Program-made: the position numbers and the translations under genes | Notes under the pieces: generated by a model | Told to the model about the DNA's origin: nothing | The model's database searches: none | Seen by the model: the letters and a program-made list of their open reading frames with translations, nothing else | In this document: piece by piece, positions 1 through 17,142 of the stretch | Position numbering within the stretch: the stretch's first letter is position 1 | Layout of the letters: each line of letters starts with the position of its first letter | Assembly: GCF_009914755.1 (NCBI RefSeq) | Contig: NC_060930.1 | Reading direction: 5' to 3' (one strand) | Source: the human T2T-CHM13v2.0 reference genome, Homo sapiens | DNA: 64,000 bases

Positions 1-956
1 TCCCATCACAGGCCAGGAGGCTTAGGAGGGAAAAATAATTTCCTAGTCCTGGTCCAGGTCCAGGGCCCCTCTGCTGTGTGCAACCTCTGGACTTGGTGCT
101 CCATGTCCCAGCCATTCCAGCCCATGGCTAAAAGGGGCCAAGGTAAGAGGCTGTTACTTCAGAGGGTACAAGCCCCAAGCCTTGGGAGCTTCCACGTGGT
201 GTTGGTACTGCAGTGTGCAGAAAACAAGAATTGAGGTTTGGGGACCTCAGCCTAGATTTTAGAGGATGTATGGAAATGCCTGAAAGTCCAGGCAGAGGTG
301 TGCTGCAGGGGCAGGGCCCTTATGTAGAACCTTTGCTAGGGCAGTGTGAAAGGGAAATGTGGGGTTGGAGCCCCCATACAGAGTTCCCACTGGGCACTGC
401 CTGGTGGATATGTGAGAAGAGGGCCATTGTCCTCCAGACCACAGAATGGTAGATCCACTGACAGCTTGCACCAGGCATCTGGAAAAGCTGCAGATACTCA
501 ACACCAGTCCATGAAAGCAGCCAGGAGCAGGCCTGTACCCTGCAAAGCCACAGAGGCGGAGCTGCCCAAGGCCATGGGAGCCAACCTCTTGCATCAGTAT
601 GGCCTGGATATGAAACATGGAGTCAAAGGTGATCATTTTGGAACTTTAAGGTTTAACAACTGTTCTATTAGATTTCGGTCTTGCATAGGGCCTGTAGCCC
701 CTTTGTTTTGGCCAATTTCTCCCATTTGGAATGGGTGTAGGTACCCATTGCCTGTACCCCTACTGTATCTAGAAGTAATTAACTTGTTTTTGATCTTACA
801 GGCTCATAGGCGGAAGGGGCCTTGTCTCAGATGAGACTTGGGGCTGTGGACTTTTGAGTTAATGCTGAAATGAGTTAAGACTTTGGGAGACTATTGGGAA
901 GGCATGATTGGTTTTCAAATGTGAGGACATGAGACTTGAGAGGGGCTGGGGTGGAA
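1..956 (+). mobile_element. THE1/MST-type MaLR internal region (3' part, truncated by window edge)
   Basis: MaLR-int-like sequence ending in a purine-rich tract (gaggggctggggtggaa) directly before the LTR; the ORFs called at 213-834 are decayed MaLR-int frames. Confidence 0.85.
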
Positions 957-1309
957 TGATATGGTTTGGCTGTGTACCCACCCAAATCTCACCTTATACT
1001 GTAATAATCCTCATGTGTCAAGAGCAGGGCTAGGTAAAAATAATTAGATTATGGGAATGATTTCCCCCATAATGTTCTTTTGGTAGTGATTAAGTCTCAC
1101 AACATCTGTGTTTATAAATGGGAGTTCCCCAGCGCAAGCTCTCTTGCCTGCCACCATTTAAGACGTGACTTTGCTCCTCATTCACCTTGTGCCATGATTA
1201 TGAGGCTTCCCCAGCCATGTGGAACTGTGAGTCAACTAAACCACTTTCCTTTATAAATTACCTGGTCTCAGGTATGTCTTTATTAGCAGTGTGAGAACAG
1301 ACTTATACA
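957..1309 (+). mobile_element. THE1 LTR (3' LTR of the MaLR element)
   Basis: Starts TGATATGGTTTGGCTGTGT and ends ...GAGAACAGACTTATACA, ~350 bp, matching THE1 LTR termini. Confidence 0.9.
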
Positions 1310-2560
<1,251 letters not shown>

Positions 2561-2942
2561 TGTAAACTGAAAAGTAAATGAAATACCATCCCCATAGTGT
2601 TTTGGGCTTAAGAGTCTGAGGCTGGATAACTCTTTCTGTATTTTCCTGTGCTTCATAAAATTTTGGGGTGGAAGGTTAAATGGTATTTAAGAAATCCAAA
2701 CATTATATTCAGAACCCCTAAGTTCCTAAATGTGCCACATTTACTGCTTTTTTGAAATGACAAAAGAAGAAAATCTTTAGAAGAGAGAGAACTCCATAAA
2801 CTTAAGATTCCAAGTATGTCCAGAGCAAGACATCCAGTGTGGCTTTCCTGTTATTCCAGAATTGTGGCTGAGAACAAAAGGCACTGAGTCCACCTCCTTC
2901 TAAGAACAGTGAAGCAGCCTGAAGTTGACAGCAACCACCAGA

Positions 2943-3382
2943 TGCAAAGCAGGTTCACTGTGCACTGGTTACCGGTTCAGCCCACTGCATTTTGGACTGC
3001 ACTTTTCCTATATCCAGTGTCCAGTGACGCAGAACACTCACACACAAGTTACACGAAGTGGGTTTATTACTTACAGACAGGCAGCAAGGGACAACAGAAG
3101 CATGTCATAATGACCATATCTCCCAAGGCCGAGGAAAACTTCTTAGGGAGGATGGCGTCTCATCTGCTCGTGCACTGCTTGCACCGCAACTAAGGGACCC
3201 CAGAAAGCAGTCTGCTCTCAGTTTTTACTACAAGGCAATGGGATGTGCTGGGCTAGTACTAGTTGAAGGACATCCTATTTCTAGAAGAGACTGGAACAGA
3301 GCCTGGGCTGTTCTGGTCAGTTCCTCCTTGTCTATAGTATATTGCATTCCAACACATTCTACAGTTATTCTCGAGAACTACA
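2943..3382 (-). mobile_element. Solo ERVL-type LTR (LTR47-like, subfamily tentative)
   Basis: Minus strand begins TGTAGTTCTCGAGAATAACTGTAGAATGTG and ends ...TTTGCA (TG...CA termini); minus-strand AATAAA at 3063-3068. Confidence 0.6.
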
Positions 3383-3614
3383 AGTGAGAAAAGGGGAAGA
3401 ACTGTGTTGGTTCAAGGCCCCCAGAGAACTGTTCTGTATGAGACCCTCCATCCCTAGCCTACTGACAGCTGACAGAGAAGAAAAGTGGGTACCGCCGCCC
3501 CACCACTCTTTAGGAGGCTGAACATCCTGGGAGCTAGGGGACCTGCTACTAGGAGGAAACTCTAGGAGGAAAGCAAGCAAATGTCTGGGGAGAGACGCCA
3601 GGATCTGCATGTGA

Positions 3615-4190
<576 letters not shown>

Positions 4191-4608
4191 TTAACAAGCA
4201 TCATGTAGCTGCATAAACTACAGCAATGGGCAGTGAGGAAGAAGACTGTAGGCTTCCCTGATCATGGCCTTTCGCCTCTCCTTCTTTGTCCATCATCAGA
4301 GGAGCTACCGCAGAGGAGACCTGGAGAGAAAGAAGTGTGTGAAGGGTGTGCCTGGTGCCCAGCCCTCAGTTCTTCAGGCTGCACTGCCAAAGGGAGGAAA
4401 ATTGCACTGCGAAAGGGAGATGGACATGAGATTCAACTTTTAAAGTAAAGTTAAATGAGTCTTAGAAACCAAAATGAGACTAGTTGAAAAAGTGACAATG
4501 TTAGAAAAATTAAGTCACATAGCCAAGACGTGAACAGATGTTTCCCAGGGGGAAAAAGAGGCTTTAGCGAACAAAGAATAGGTAGGTATTACAAAAACGC
4601 AACTGTTT

Positions 4609-4760
4609 ACACACACACACGTGTGTAAATATGTGTGTATACGTGTGTATGTGTACAGTTGCATTTTTGTAATACCTCCCTAATCTTTATATATATACTT
4701 ATATAAATATAAATGCAAATAATATAAATATTATTGTTGCACACACACATATATATGATG
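4609..4760. repeat. (CA)/(TG)/(TA) low-complexity microsatellite region
   Basis: acacacacacacgtgtgt... and AT-rich tatata runs read directly. Confidence 0.8.
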
Positions 4761-5688
4761 ATAGAGGATGTAGCATGTAGGATAAACCTTGAGAAATGGG
4801 TTGGAATGTCGGCAATACCAAGTCGGGAATCAGGAATTCAGGAGAAGAGCTTGAACAAAAAGGGCAAAGACAGTACAGACTTACCGCGGGGAAGTACAAA
4901 ACCATTCTAGAGGACCACGTCGAAGTCCACATGGACAGAAACATTAGGGTGTTAAAGGGGATGATAAGGCTTGGATGGGCAGTTTGCTTCAAATAGTGGC
5001 GGTCATTGAAGTCAGGCACAATTTCTATTTTTTTTCCCCACTGTAAACCTAACCCACGGCGGTTGGTCAAAGTCTTGCCGAATAAAAAAAAAAAAAAAAA
5101 AAAAGAATTAAGTGACTGGACTGCCAAGCTGTAGAGCCTCTATTAAGCAATGTACAGCCAGGAAAGGATACCTTAGATGAGAATGACATGGGTAGAGGGG
5201 TGTTTCAGGAACATGGCTAAAGAGCCTCGCTCCCAGCCTCAGCCGGGAGGCTGAATAAAGGACAGTAGCAGGATCACTCCAGCCTTTGAGGACACTTTTG
5301 GAAACCCTGGTGGATTCCCAGCATCAACACTTACTGAGGGCTGCTTTCCATCCCTAGGTTCTTTCCGGCATTTGTAATTTCCAATCCACTTAGGACACTT
5401 CTACTCCTCAGAAACCGTTTCTGTCGGGGCCGTGAGAGGAGACAGTATAAGACTTCCTGGACCCAAGGGACGCCGGGTCCCCTGGAAGCGCCCATCGCAT
5501 TGAAGACCACGTGTGCCTTGCTGGGGTCCCATTCAGACAAGTCCCGGGTCGTTCGCTCATCGCCCTCCACGCGACCAGGGGGCGCCCGCGGTATCGGCCC
5601 GGCTAGTTCGCAGGCGTGCGCCTTCCCTCACTGCGCCGGAACGGGCCACGTTCTCGGACCCAGAAGCCGCGTCAGAATTCCACGCTGG

Positions 5689-5707
5689 CCAATCGGAACT
5701 GTCCACG
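5689..5707 (+). promoter_or_regulatory. ER stress response element (ERSE-I), CCAAT-N9-CCACG
   Basis: CCAAT(5689-5693)-cggaactgt-CCACG(5703-5707), exact consensus and spacing for NF-Y plus ATF6/XBP1s; function not tested. Confidence 0.8.
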
Positions 5708-5740
5708 TACTACTGGGGGCGGGGCTGCCAAGGGAGGAGG

Positions 5741-5751
5741 AAGATGGCGGC
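5741..5751 (+). promoter_or_regulatory. YY1 consensus site
   Basis: AAGATGGCGGC, in the typical position near a CpG-island TSS. Confidence 0.7.
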
Positions 5752-5764
5752 GGGGGCGAGGTGA
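5744..5764 (+). other. Putative uORF1 (MAAGAR*)
   Basis: aagATGG strong Kozak context, TGA at 5762-5764; relevant only if the TSS is upstream of 5744. Confidence 0.5.
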
Positions 5765-6439
<675 letters not shown>

Positions 6440-6503
6440 TAGCGCTTTCGAGGAAGGGAGATCAGCTTTATTGAACACCTACTAATTCTCTGGATTTGAC
6501 TCA

Positions 6504-6863
<360 letters not shown>

Positions 6864-8915
6864 TTATAATACTGCAGTAATGTAGATGGTATTTGTATAC
6901 CCTTGCCAAGGTTTAAAAACATTAACTGATTTGCCCAAGGCCACAAGATCGTAATGGGGCCACAAAGATCGGAATGAGGATATTGGAATTTTAGCCATTC
7001 TGTGCTTTTTCACAATCTTTGCCTTTGGTTACACCACACTGTTTCTTTAAGAGAGCTTCCAGGCGCTGTTCTTAAGTCGCAGTGAGGCTATAGAGGACTT
7101 AGGCATGGGCTGTGTGATAGGTACTGCAAATGGGAGCGGTGGGGGTCAGGTGGTATTTGAACTGGGTTTATGAAAAATATGTGAGAGATTGGATAGGCAG
7201 AAAAGAAAATGGTCCCTTTCTGTCTTGGAAGGCTGGGATGGTTTGTGATCCTTCATCATCAGTGCCCAACACAGTACTTGATAGAATTGTCCTCTCATAT
7301 GTTTTGATTGAGGGAATGAATTTCACCATAGGGAGTTTTTGTAAGTACAAAAATTCAGTACTTATTGGGTAGCTACAAACCTAAAGCACTGTGCTAGGCA
7401 TATTCCTTGGAATCTTGCATTTAATTCCATGGACTCTCAGGCTTGTTAGGAGGTAGGCACACACTCACATATTTGACATGGTTAATAACAAGAAGTGTTG
7501 AGAGTAAAATTACTATTGTGAGAAGAGAGGAGAGAAATTGTGAATGAAGGAACTTGAGAAGTTCATGCAGTGGAGGTGGGATTTAAGCAGGACCTTGAAG
7601 AATAGGTAGGAGATAAGTTGAGGAATACTCAGGTTTGGGATGTCAGGTTTGATTTTCAATCAGATCTTGAAAGCATTGGAATTTCTTTAAAGATGTGAGA
7701 AGAATGATTTAAGAGTATTGGTATGAAGGGAAGAAAACAAAAGTTTTATTCTCTGTTCAATAAATTACCTGTGTGCTCTAGAGAGGCATACATCTTTGTC
7801 AGATTGGTAAATTTAAGTGCAGGGTTTTGTCAGAAAGGGAAGGCATAGGCCAGACAGTAACGCTTACAGGCTGATCTCTGATTGCCCTATCATCTTTCCT
7901 GCAGCCCGCAAGGAACATGATGACGCAGTAGCCTGTCATCACCAAATGATGATTTGCCCTATAGGGTAAAGTTTGATATATTCAGAGACTGACATTTATG
8001 GAACTTGCTAAAGAACTCAGCAGACCAATAGAAATCATGAGACTGTTAGGAGATGACACAATCCATGCCTAAACCAATGCAACCAGTTTTGCTTGGGGAA
8101 AAAAATAGGTGAAGCAAAAGTGGACATAAAGGCATTAAGCAACGTGGTGGATTGATGTACAGCCAGGTGATTCTTTTAAAGCAAGTATCTTTATCTTCCA
8201 GTAGGGAAGGAAAATGTATAGCTAAATTGTTTGACTTGATGACCGTGCCTACTAGTACAGACTATAATGTTGCCACATTTCCTTGTTTCTGCAAGTCCTG
8301 TGTTTAAATTGCTGATGTGATTCAGAAGTATCCTGTGTCATAGTTGCTAAAAGAAAAATGATTAGTAATTAAAAGGAAGAAGTAAGCTAAGCCAAGTTTT
8401 GGCTGAGAACTGAAAGGCACCTTAAGGAGCATTTTCAGTGAAAGGGCTTACAGGATTTTGTATCTTAACTGTAAAATCAGTTTTTTTGTTTGTTTTTTTT
8501 AAAAGAATAAGAAATATTCCTGAAATAAGAGACCTTCAATTAGTCCATTCTTGGTTTTGATTCGTTCATACATTCATTTACAGGTGACAGTTGGGGTCTG
8601 TTAAGTACCAGATACTCTTCCAGACATGGGAATGCAGCAGTGTACTCATGGAACTTAGATTTCAGTGGGAGTCTGACAAATAATATACGTGGGTAAATAT
8701 GTGGTAATGTAAGTGCAATGAGGAAAAGTAAAGCAGAGAAGGGAAGATAGGAATGTTGAAAGTCAGTGGTGTAGGAAGGGGTACAGTTTTAAATAGGGAG
8801 GCCAAGGAGAGGCTCTTTGAATATAGACTTGAAAATATAGGCCATGTGGATATGTAAGAATCACTCAGAGGGAGTATAGACATGTAAGCTTTATTTAGTG
8901 TTTCTTTTTCAGTGG

Positions 8916-9266
<351 letters not shown>

Positions 9267-9693
9267 TAGATATTTAACTATGAAAAATCCTATTGACATA
9301 CTCGTAAATGCCACTGGGATACAAGAAGTACAAGAAATGGTGTCTCTTAAAGAGTTTCCACTCAAGTAAGGATGTCCATTAAAAATTAACACAAGCTAAT
9401 ATAGAAATGCTAAGTGAATGGCAGATACTTTAAGGAGCGAAAAATGGAAAATTTCCCGGGTTACCTCCATATTTGTCTGGTAAGGAAGGGAGCAACACCT
9501 GAGCTGGACCTAGTCAAAAAGATAGAATTGGGATTGGCGTGAACAGTGTTCTCTGTGTGTGTGAATGGGGATTTCCCTAATGGCAGCATTCTCATTAGAC
9601 TAGGTTCAGTAATAGCATTGAGTAGAGTGTTGGGAGCAGTGAATTTATGTAATGAACAGTTGGGAAATGAGGTAGGATGAAGGCTTGGACAGC

Positions 9694-10205
9694 TATTCTG
9701 GTTACCTACTGCTTTGTAGAAATCTACCCAAAGCATAGTGTTTTAAAACAACAATTTATATATTGACTTAGTTCAGTTGGGCAGTTTTTCCTTTGGGTCA
9801 CTCATAGCTTTCATTCAGATAGAGTCTGGGACCCAAAGGTTTCTCCTTATGTCTGGTGCCTGGTTTTTGATGGCTGAAATAGATGGGGCAGGTTGGTCAT
9901 CTGGCTTCACATGGTCTGGAGGTTGACTTCAGGGTAACCAGTTAACTAACTTCCCCCAGAACAAATGTTTCCAGAGACTTGGCCAAAGGCTGAAGCTGAA
10001 AGATGTCTTAGGACCTAACCTAGGAAATCATGCAGTGTTATTTTTGCTATGTTCTCTTGGTCAGAGAAGTCTCACATCTGTTCTGCATCAAGAAAGTGGA
10101 GAAATGGACTTCACCTCTCAATGAGAAAATGGCTTGTGTAGAAAGGTTGGGTGAGGATTTGAAGGGAGATGGACGGGCAGCCACTTTGAAGACAAGCTTA
10201 CCACC
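9694..10205 (-). mobile_element. MLT1-type MaLR LTR (old)
   Basis: MLT1-like terminus (...ctacccaaagcatagtgttttaaaacaacaattt); boundaries approximate. Confidence 0.55.
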
Positions 10206-10726
10206 TTACATTTTATTCTGTCCTACACCCCTTTGCTCTCAAATTTGTACTTAAATTCGTTCTAATTATGGTTGGATCTAGATAACAACATTTAATCCTT
10301 AGACTAAAAGATCTATTATATTGACCTTAATTTGACTGCCAGCAAACTGATCTTTTTGTTTTTCACTACCTGCAATATTTCTTGATTATAATAGAGTCTG
10401 CAAGTAATTCTTTCATCTTTCAAAAATTCAGGTTGTTCTCTCAGGACAGTGATCAGGAATTTTTTGAGTTCAGAATTCTAGCGAGATTTGGCTGTTCTGT
10501 CTATATGATTATAATTTAAGAAATGACCATAACTGGGATGGTACAAGAACCAGGGGTTGGGGTAAATGGATTTTATTGTTCTAGCCTTAGCAGTGTTGTT
10601 TGCCTGTGTCTCACATGCAGGTACACTTGGCTCCAAGTTATCTGGATATGTATTGTTATCTTAAGTGATGGAACTTGTTCTTATTTCCTGGCTTTATTGT
10701 GCCTTGCTGGGAACCTTGCTGTTGAT

Positions 10727-10900
10727 TGGTATTTTTCAAAACCTGTCTGTGGACCATCTGTGAATTAGTCATTGGGGATGCTTATAAAAAATGCAGATTC
10801 AACACACTTAGTAATCAAACTTAATGAGGGAACTGGGACCTGGGCGTCTCTGTTTTTATCAAGCTACCTGTATGATACTTCTGCACACTGAAGTTTAACC
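10727..10900. mobile_element. MER5-like hAT DNA transposon remnant
   Basis: aaaaatgcagattc ... tttatcaagct ... ctgcacactgaagttt motif order typical of MER5A. Confidence 0.55.
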
Positions 10901-12053
10901 CTAACACAGATCAAAGGATACTCTGCTACTTGCCTTACATTAGATTATTTATATTTCATGTTCCTTTTCATGATTGAGGATAATTTGGGGTAAGCCTTAG
11001 GATTATTTGCTGTAAATTGGAATGATCCAGAATAAGGCATTGCCTTCTGTGTGAGAATTCAACAGTAAGACAACAAATTTTTTTTGTGTGCTGCTCTTTC
11101 TAGTGCTATTTCCTTAGTTTATTTAAATCGAAGCTAGGTTGCTTTTGAAATGGTTTTTGGGTACAGGTTTCTCACAGTAACATTTTAAAAGTCTGCCCAG
11201 TGTATCCTATCTTTTCAACCTGTTTCTCAATGCTTTGCATACCTTTTGCTATGTCTGTATTTAGGTATTTAATGTTCCAGTTTCCTGGAACTCCCTCTTC
11301 TCCTTTTTCTGGCAAATGGCTGTATGCCTACCAAGAGGCTATTGTTCATCTTTTCCGAGTCAATCCTAAATATCACCTTGTATATTTTTGCCTTTCTTGA
11401 CTATTCACTCCGTTCCCTATCTTACTATATCTCTGAATCTCCTCAGAACTTCAAACATCTCTAAAGGTACTTCTGTTCTCTGCTTTGTGTAGTCATATTT
11501 GTATGTATATGTGCATAAACTTTCTTACTAGATTATAAGCTCCACAGATGCTATCCATCCTTCTCATTTTTGCTTTTCTTACAGAGTGTATCTTGGTGTT
11601 ATGCATGTAATGAATAGTTAATATGTGTTCCTTGAATTCAAAGAAGGGCCGCATTTCCTGTAGATAAGAATAATGAACTGAGTTGCACTCTCTGCTTCCC
11701 AACACAATACCCAGAAGCCTTAAAGTAATGGAGGAAAATGAACATAGTTTACCCTAGTTTACTTAGTTGGCACAGTGACACAGATGCTATTGAGAAGTAT
11801 GATTTTCTTAAGTTTATTCTCCTTATGTTGAAATACAGAGGTGCCGGAAATGTTGAAAGTCTAAATATAAATGTGATTACATTTGACATACTGAATAGTA
11901 CAACCTAGTGTTTATCTTCCCTCATGTGGAAACTCATGTAAGGGAGCATTCTATTCTTAATCTCTACCTTTGTGTAGTTGACTTTTTGTACAGTTTCACA
12001 TTTATCTTAACATCCTGAAATGTCCTCTTCACCTTTTTCTGGCAAAGGGCTAG

Positions 12054-12368
<315 letters not shown>

Positions 12369-12557
12369 CTTGTTGATTCTTGTAAGTTCATCCTAACTAT
12401 CATCTCTGAAGTAGCCTCTCTCGACTGTTCCATCCCCAGTCTTACTCTGTCTTTGAAAAATTCTATCCTGCTTTTGTTAACTTTTTAAATGACTTTATTC
12501 TCTATGTACCCTTTTGTTTAACTATAGTACTGGATCTGTGTATTAAAGTAAACCTTT

Positions 12558-12852
12558 GCTGAGTGTGGTGGCTCATGCCTGTAATCCCAGCAGTTTAGGA
12601 GGCTGACATGGGAGGATTGCTTGAGCCCAGGAGTTTAAGACCAGCCTGGGGAATATAGTGAGACCCGCATCTCTGAAAAATAAAAATAGAAAATGAGCTA
12701 GACATGGTGTGTGCCTGTAGTCCCAACTACTCAGGAGGCTGAGGTGGGAGGATTACTTGAGTCCTGGAGGTTGGGGCTACAGTGAACCATGGTTGCACCA
12801 CTGTACTCTAGCCGGGGTGAGACCCTGCCTCAATCAATCAATCAATAAATCA
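12558..12852 (+). mobile_element. AluJ element with (TCAA)n tail
   Basis: Diverged dimer with ggaggattgcttgagcccagg (J-type). Confidence 0.88.
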
Positions 12853-15610
12853 AACCTGTATCTTAAGCGTAATAATTATCCTTTGTTGAACTTTTAGTCT
12901 GTACTGGATACTATAGAAAAGTGCCTTAAGTCATTAGCAGTTTTACAGATAAACTGAGATTTAAAAAGCCAGGTTCCAAATCTAGTAAGGAGCAGATCTA
13001 GAATTTGAACCAGATTTTTATTCTAGAGCTTTTGTGCTTAACCGTTACATTATTTTGATTTCCACTGGTAAAAGAATGTGACGACAGTAGTCACTTTTAG
13101 TACTGTTTCTGATTCTTTTGGGTCATCTTCAAGCTTTGGTAAACAGGCACTTATCTACAGGTTATAGAAATTATTTGTAAAAGATATTTAAAGACTAATA
13201 GAGATTTCTTCATCCCACTAGTGTACATGTTCATCCTTTGAGTTATAGGACACATTTTTTAAAAAACCAGCTAAAAATTTAATGTTATGGTGCTCCAGCT
13301 TTGTGTTGAGCTGTTAGTTTGTCAGGTGAGCAGATTCTGTAAATATATTCTCATTTTAAAAATGTCCAACAAGATGCCGAAAAAACCCACATGGATTGTT
13401 CATTTTACATATCTCTTGTGCTGACAAGCTAGGACTTAAATCTAGCCCTCATTTTGTTATATACTTTGTCACCATTACACATACCTGTTCTCTTACTACA
13501 GCACTGCAGTATAATTTTCTACAGTATAATTGTTGTTCTGTGAGGTGTCCTGAAGGGCTCTCTCCTGAAATAAAATAGCTTAATGGCCTATGTATTTTGT
13601 TATGATTTATTTTCTTATGACTACTTCAGTCATGTAAAATTTTAATGGTAGATTTTTTTCATTTTAAATAATTGCTCCATAAATATATGTTTTCTTCTCT
13701 GAAGATTGCTCTCTAGTCGTTTTATAATTGAGTTGTTAGAGGTAACTTAGGTGACTAGTTTAAAAAGAAAAAGAGGTAGGCCAATTTTTAGAACAGGCAT
13801 TTATTTATAAATAGAGATTACTTTAATTCCATAACCAGTGAAGTGCTTAATAATGAGGAGAGATTGTTTCAATGCTTATCTCATTTTTTTCTCTTGTTTG
13901 TTCTTGTAAGTACTTGCTATTATTTCTTAAAAAGTCTGTTTCTGTAGAAGGGAATAAATAATCACAGTAAAAATTCCAGTTTCAGATTTAAAAGAGATAG
14001 TAAATGTATTTTAAAAGTCTCATTTTATAGACTTGATTATACATTTCACATACCTTTTAAAATAATCAGTATTTGAGGAATGCAGATAAGATTTGCTGAT
14101 GGAATACTTGTCTAATTAAACTCCTTGTGACTTGGTTCCCTTAATTTAAAAAAAGTATGCATGTCATGACTTTATTATTCAGTTAATGTGTAAGACTGAA
14201 TACAGTATGTAACCTAGTAGGTAGATTAGGCAAATTAACTTCTACTCTACTCTGTTTTCTTCTAATCCATATGTGTGGCTTCTCCTCTGTTGTACTTCCA
14301 AATGTTGTGGTGTCCTAGAGTTTGGAGCTGTATGTATGCCTTTGTCTTTCTGTTACTCACTTTGTTGCAACTACTCAACTCTGCTAGTGTAGCCAAAAAT
14401 GGCCATAAGCAAATGTGGCTGTTTTCCATAGCAGTAGTTTGCTGACCCCTGTCCTGCAGATAATCTCCCCAATCCCATGGATTTAAATGTCACGTGTGTG
14501 CTGACACACAGGTTTGGGCTGGAAATACAGTCCTGATATCTCCCATAATTCCAGACTTCTATATCTAACTCCTTGTCTAAAATAATTTATTAGGTCAATC
14601 CTATGCCTTGTATGTCTAAAACAGTACTTTTTGAGACCTAATCCTTGTTTTAGTCTCCATTGCAGCCATCCAAGTTTAAATTACCATTGTTCTTTCACCT
14701 GGATTACTGTAGTAGCCTCCTAATTGATCTCCATTTTTCTATCCTGGTCCCTGTATAATCCATTCTTCACCTACCAGCGAGGTGATCTTTTTTTGATGGC
14801 ATCATTTGGACTGAATAAAACCCTCCAACAGCTTCTCGTTGTAGTTGGAATGCTTTCGAAATTCATTACCAAGGCCCACAGGCCCCTTCATGTTACGGCC
14901 ACTGCTGACATTTCTGGTGTCCATATGATACTCTACTTTCCTCGAATGTGATGAGAAACCTGACTGCTGAGAGAATATGCAATAGAGTGATTCCTATAAT
15001 AGCAATCACCTGGGGAAGTATTGATTTTTATATTTTAAGAACTGAAAAAAACAGCAAAAAACTTTTTGTTTAATACAGTTGTTAAAATAATCATGAGACT
15101 AGCACCAAGGAAGGATACATATTACACAAGTAAAAAAAGCAGGATACAAATTGCATAATCATATACACTAGGATTACATATGCATGTGGACAAAGACTAG
15201 AAAATATTGAGAAGTCGAAATAGTTGTGTTACAATGGTAAGGTTAGGGACATTCCAGTAGTTATGGGGAAGGTTAGGGAACATTCCCTTATTATCTAAAC
15301 ATTGAACATCTTATTTTTTAAGACTAGAATTTAAAACAAATGTTTCTTAGAATCTAAAATGAAGTCTTCATTTGGCCCCCAAAATGCATACCTGCTGTTT
15401 ATTAAGAAATAACAAAAGCATGGTAGTCTTTCTGAGGTATAACTTTGCTAGAATAATATTCTTCTTTCACGGAAGTTGAAGATTTTGTGGTTTTACTTTT
15501 ATTTTTTTCAACTTTTATTGTAGATTCAAAGGATATGTGTGCAGTTTCCTTACTTTGGAAATTGAAGATTTTCTCGTGTGTGTTTTGTCATAATGGCTAT
15601 TTGATATATC

Positions 15611-15891
15611 TTTTCTTTCTTTCTTTTTTTTTTTAGAGACAGGGTCTTACTTTGTTGCCCAGGCTGGAGTGCAGTGGTGCGATCATAGTTAACTGCAGCC
15701 TTGAACTCCTGGGCAGCCTCCTGAGTAGGTTGTACTACAGGCACAAGCCACCATGCCTGGCTAATTCTTTTATAAAGACAGGGTCTTGCTACATTGCTCA
15801 GGCTGGTGTCAAATTCCTGACCTCAAGTGATCCTCCCATCTCAGCCTCCCAAAGTGTTTGGGATTATAGGCATGAGCCACCATGCCCAGCC
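15611..15891 (-). mobile_element. AluJ element
   Basis: Diverged reverse-complement Alu. Confidence 0.88.
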
Positions 15892-16019
15892 CATTTAACT
15901 TTTTTCTTTATATTTCATATAGTTTACATTTGGGAAATTGAGAGTACGTGAAATATAATTTTAAAGCAACAAAACATAAAGTAAAAATCTTTAAGTCATT
16001 ATTGCAAAAACTTATTTTA

Positions 16020-16509
<490 letters not shown>

Positions 16510-17087
16510 GCTCTAGTCCTAGTTTTTTCGAAAAATACTACTCATTTATTAAAAGATAGGTTGTATTTATTTTATAAAATTCAACTTTTTTGGAGGAATT
16601 CAAAATTTAGTTGTATAGTGGAGTTTAGTATTGTTCCTTTATCAGAGTTAGAAATAGTAACTGAACTGAATAATTTGAGGGATACCTGGATTTCAGGCCA
16701 AATTCTTAGATGCTTGGCCAAAGACAATTGCTTGACCTTTATGGATCTTTTTCCTCACCTGTAAAAGGTTGGAATAAAGTGATTCTTGAGGTGCAATACT
16801 ATATAATTCTGTAAAATACTGTTTTCTTAAAAATTTGAGTATTTTCAAGTGTTTTCCCTTAATCAGTTATTTCTGAATGAATATGGCCTTAGCTTCCTTT
16901 TACATAAAATAACTTTTGTAATAGTTTCTTTATCATTTTGGCTTTAGTTTGGATCCTAGAAGGGAAACAGGATGAATTATAATATGAGAAAAAGAATCTG
17001 TACATATACTATGATATTACTAGAGGAATTGCCTGTTTTAGTCAAAGCCAACCTTATGTCTTGTATTTCTTGTGTATCATGTGAAGT

Positions 17088-17092
<5 letters not shown>

Positions 17093-17138
<46 letters not shown>
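17093..17138 (+). repeat. (TG)23 microsatellite
   Basis: Perfect TG run read directly. Confidence 0.95.

Positions 17139-17142
<4 letters not shown>

Noticed and set aside
1203-1220. PRDM9 hotspot motif position in the THE1 LTR
   Set aside because: Reads CTTCCCCAGCCAT, which does not match CCNCCNTNNCCNC
7917-7992. Possible intronic C/D-box snoRNA (ATGATGA at 7917 and 7946, CTGA at 7989; TGATGAC/GTCATCA hairpin)
   Set aside because: No terminal stem outside the boxes and no recognisable rRNA/snRNA guide; such short motifs occur by chance
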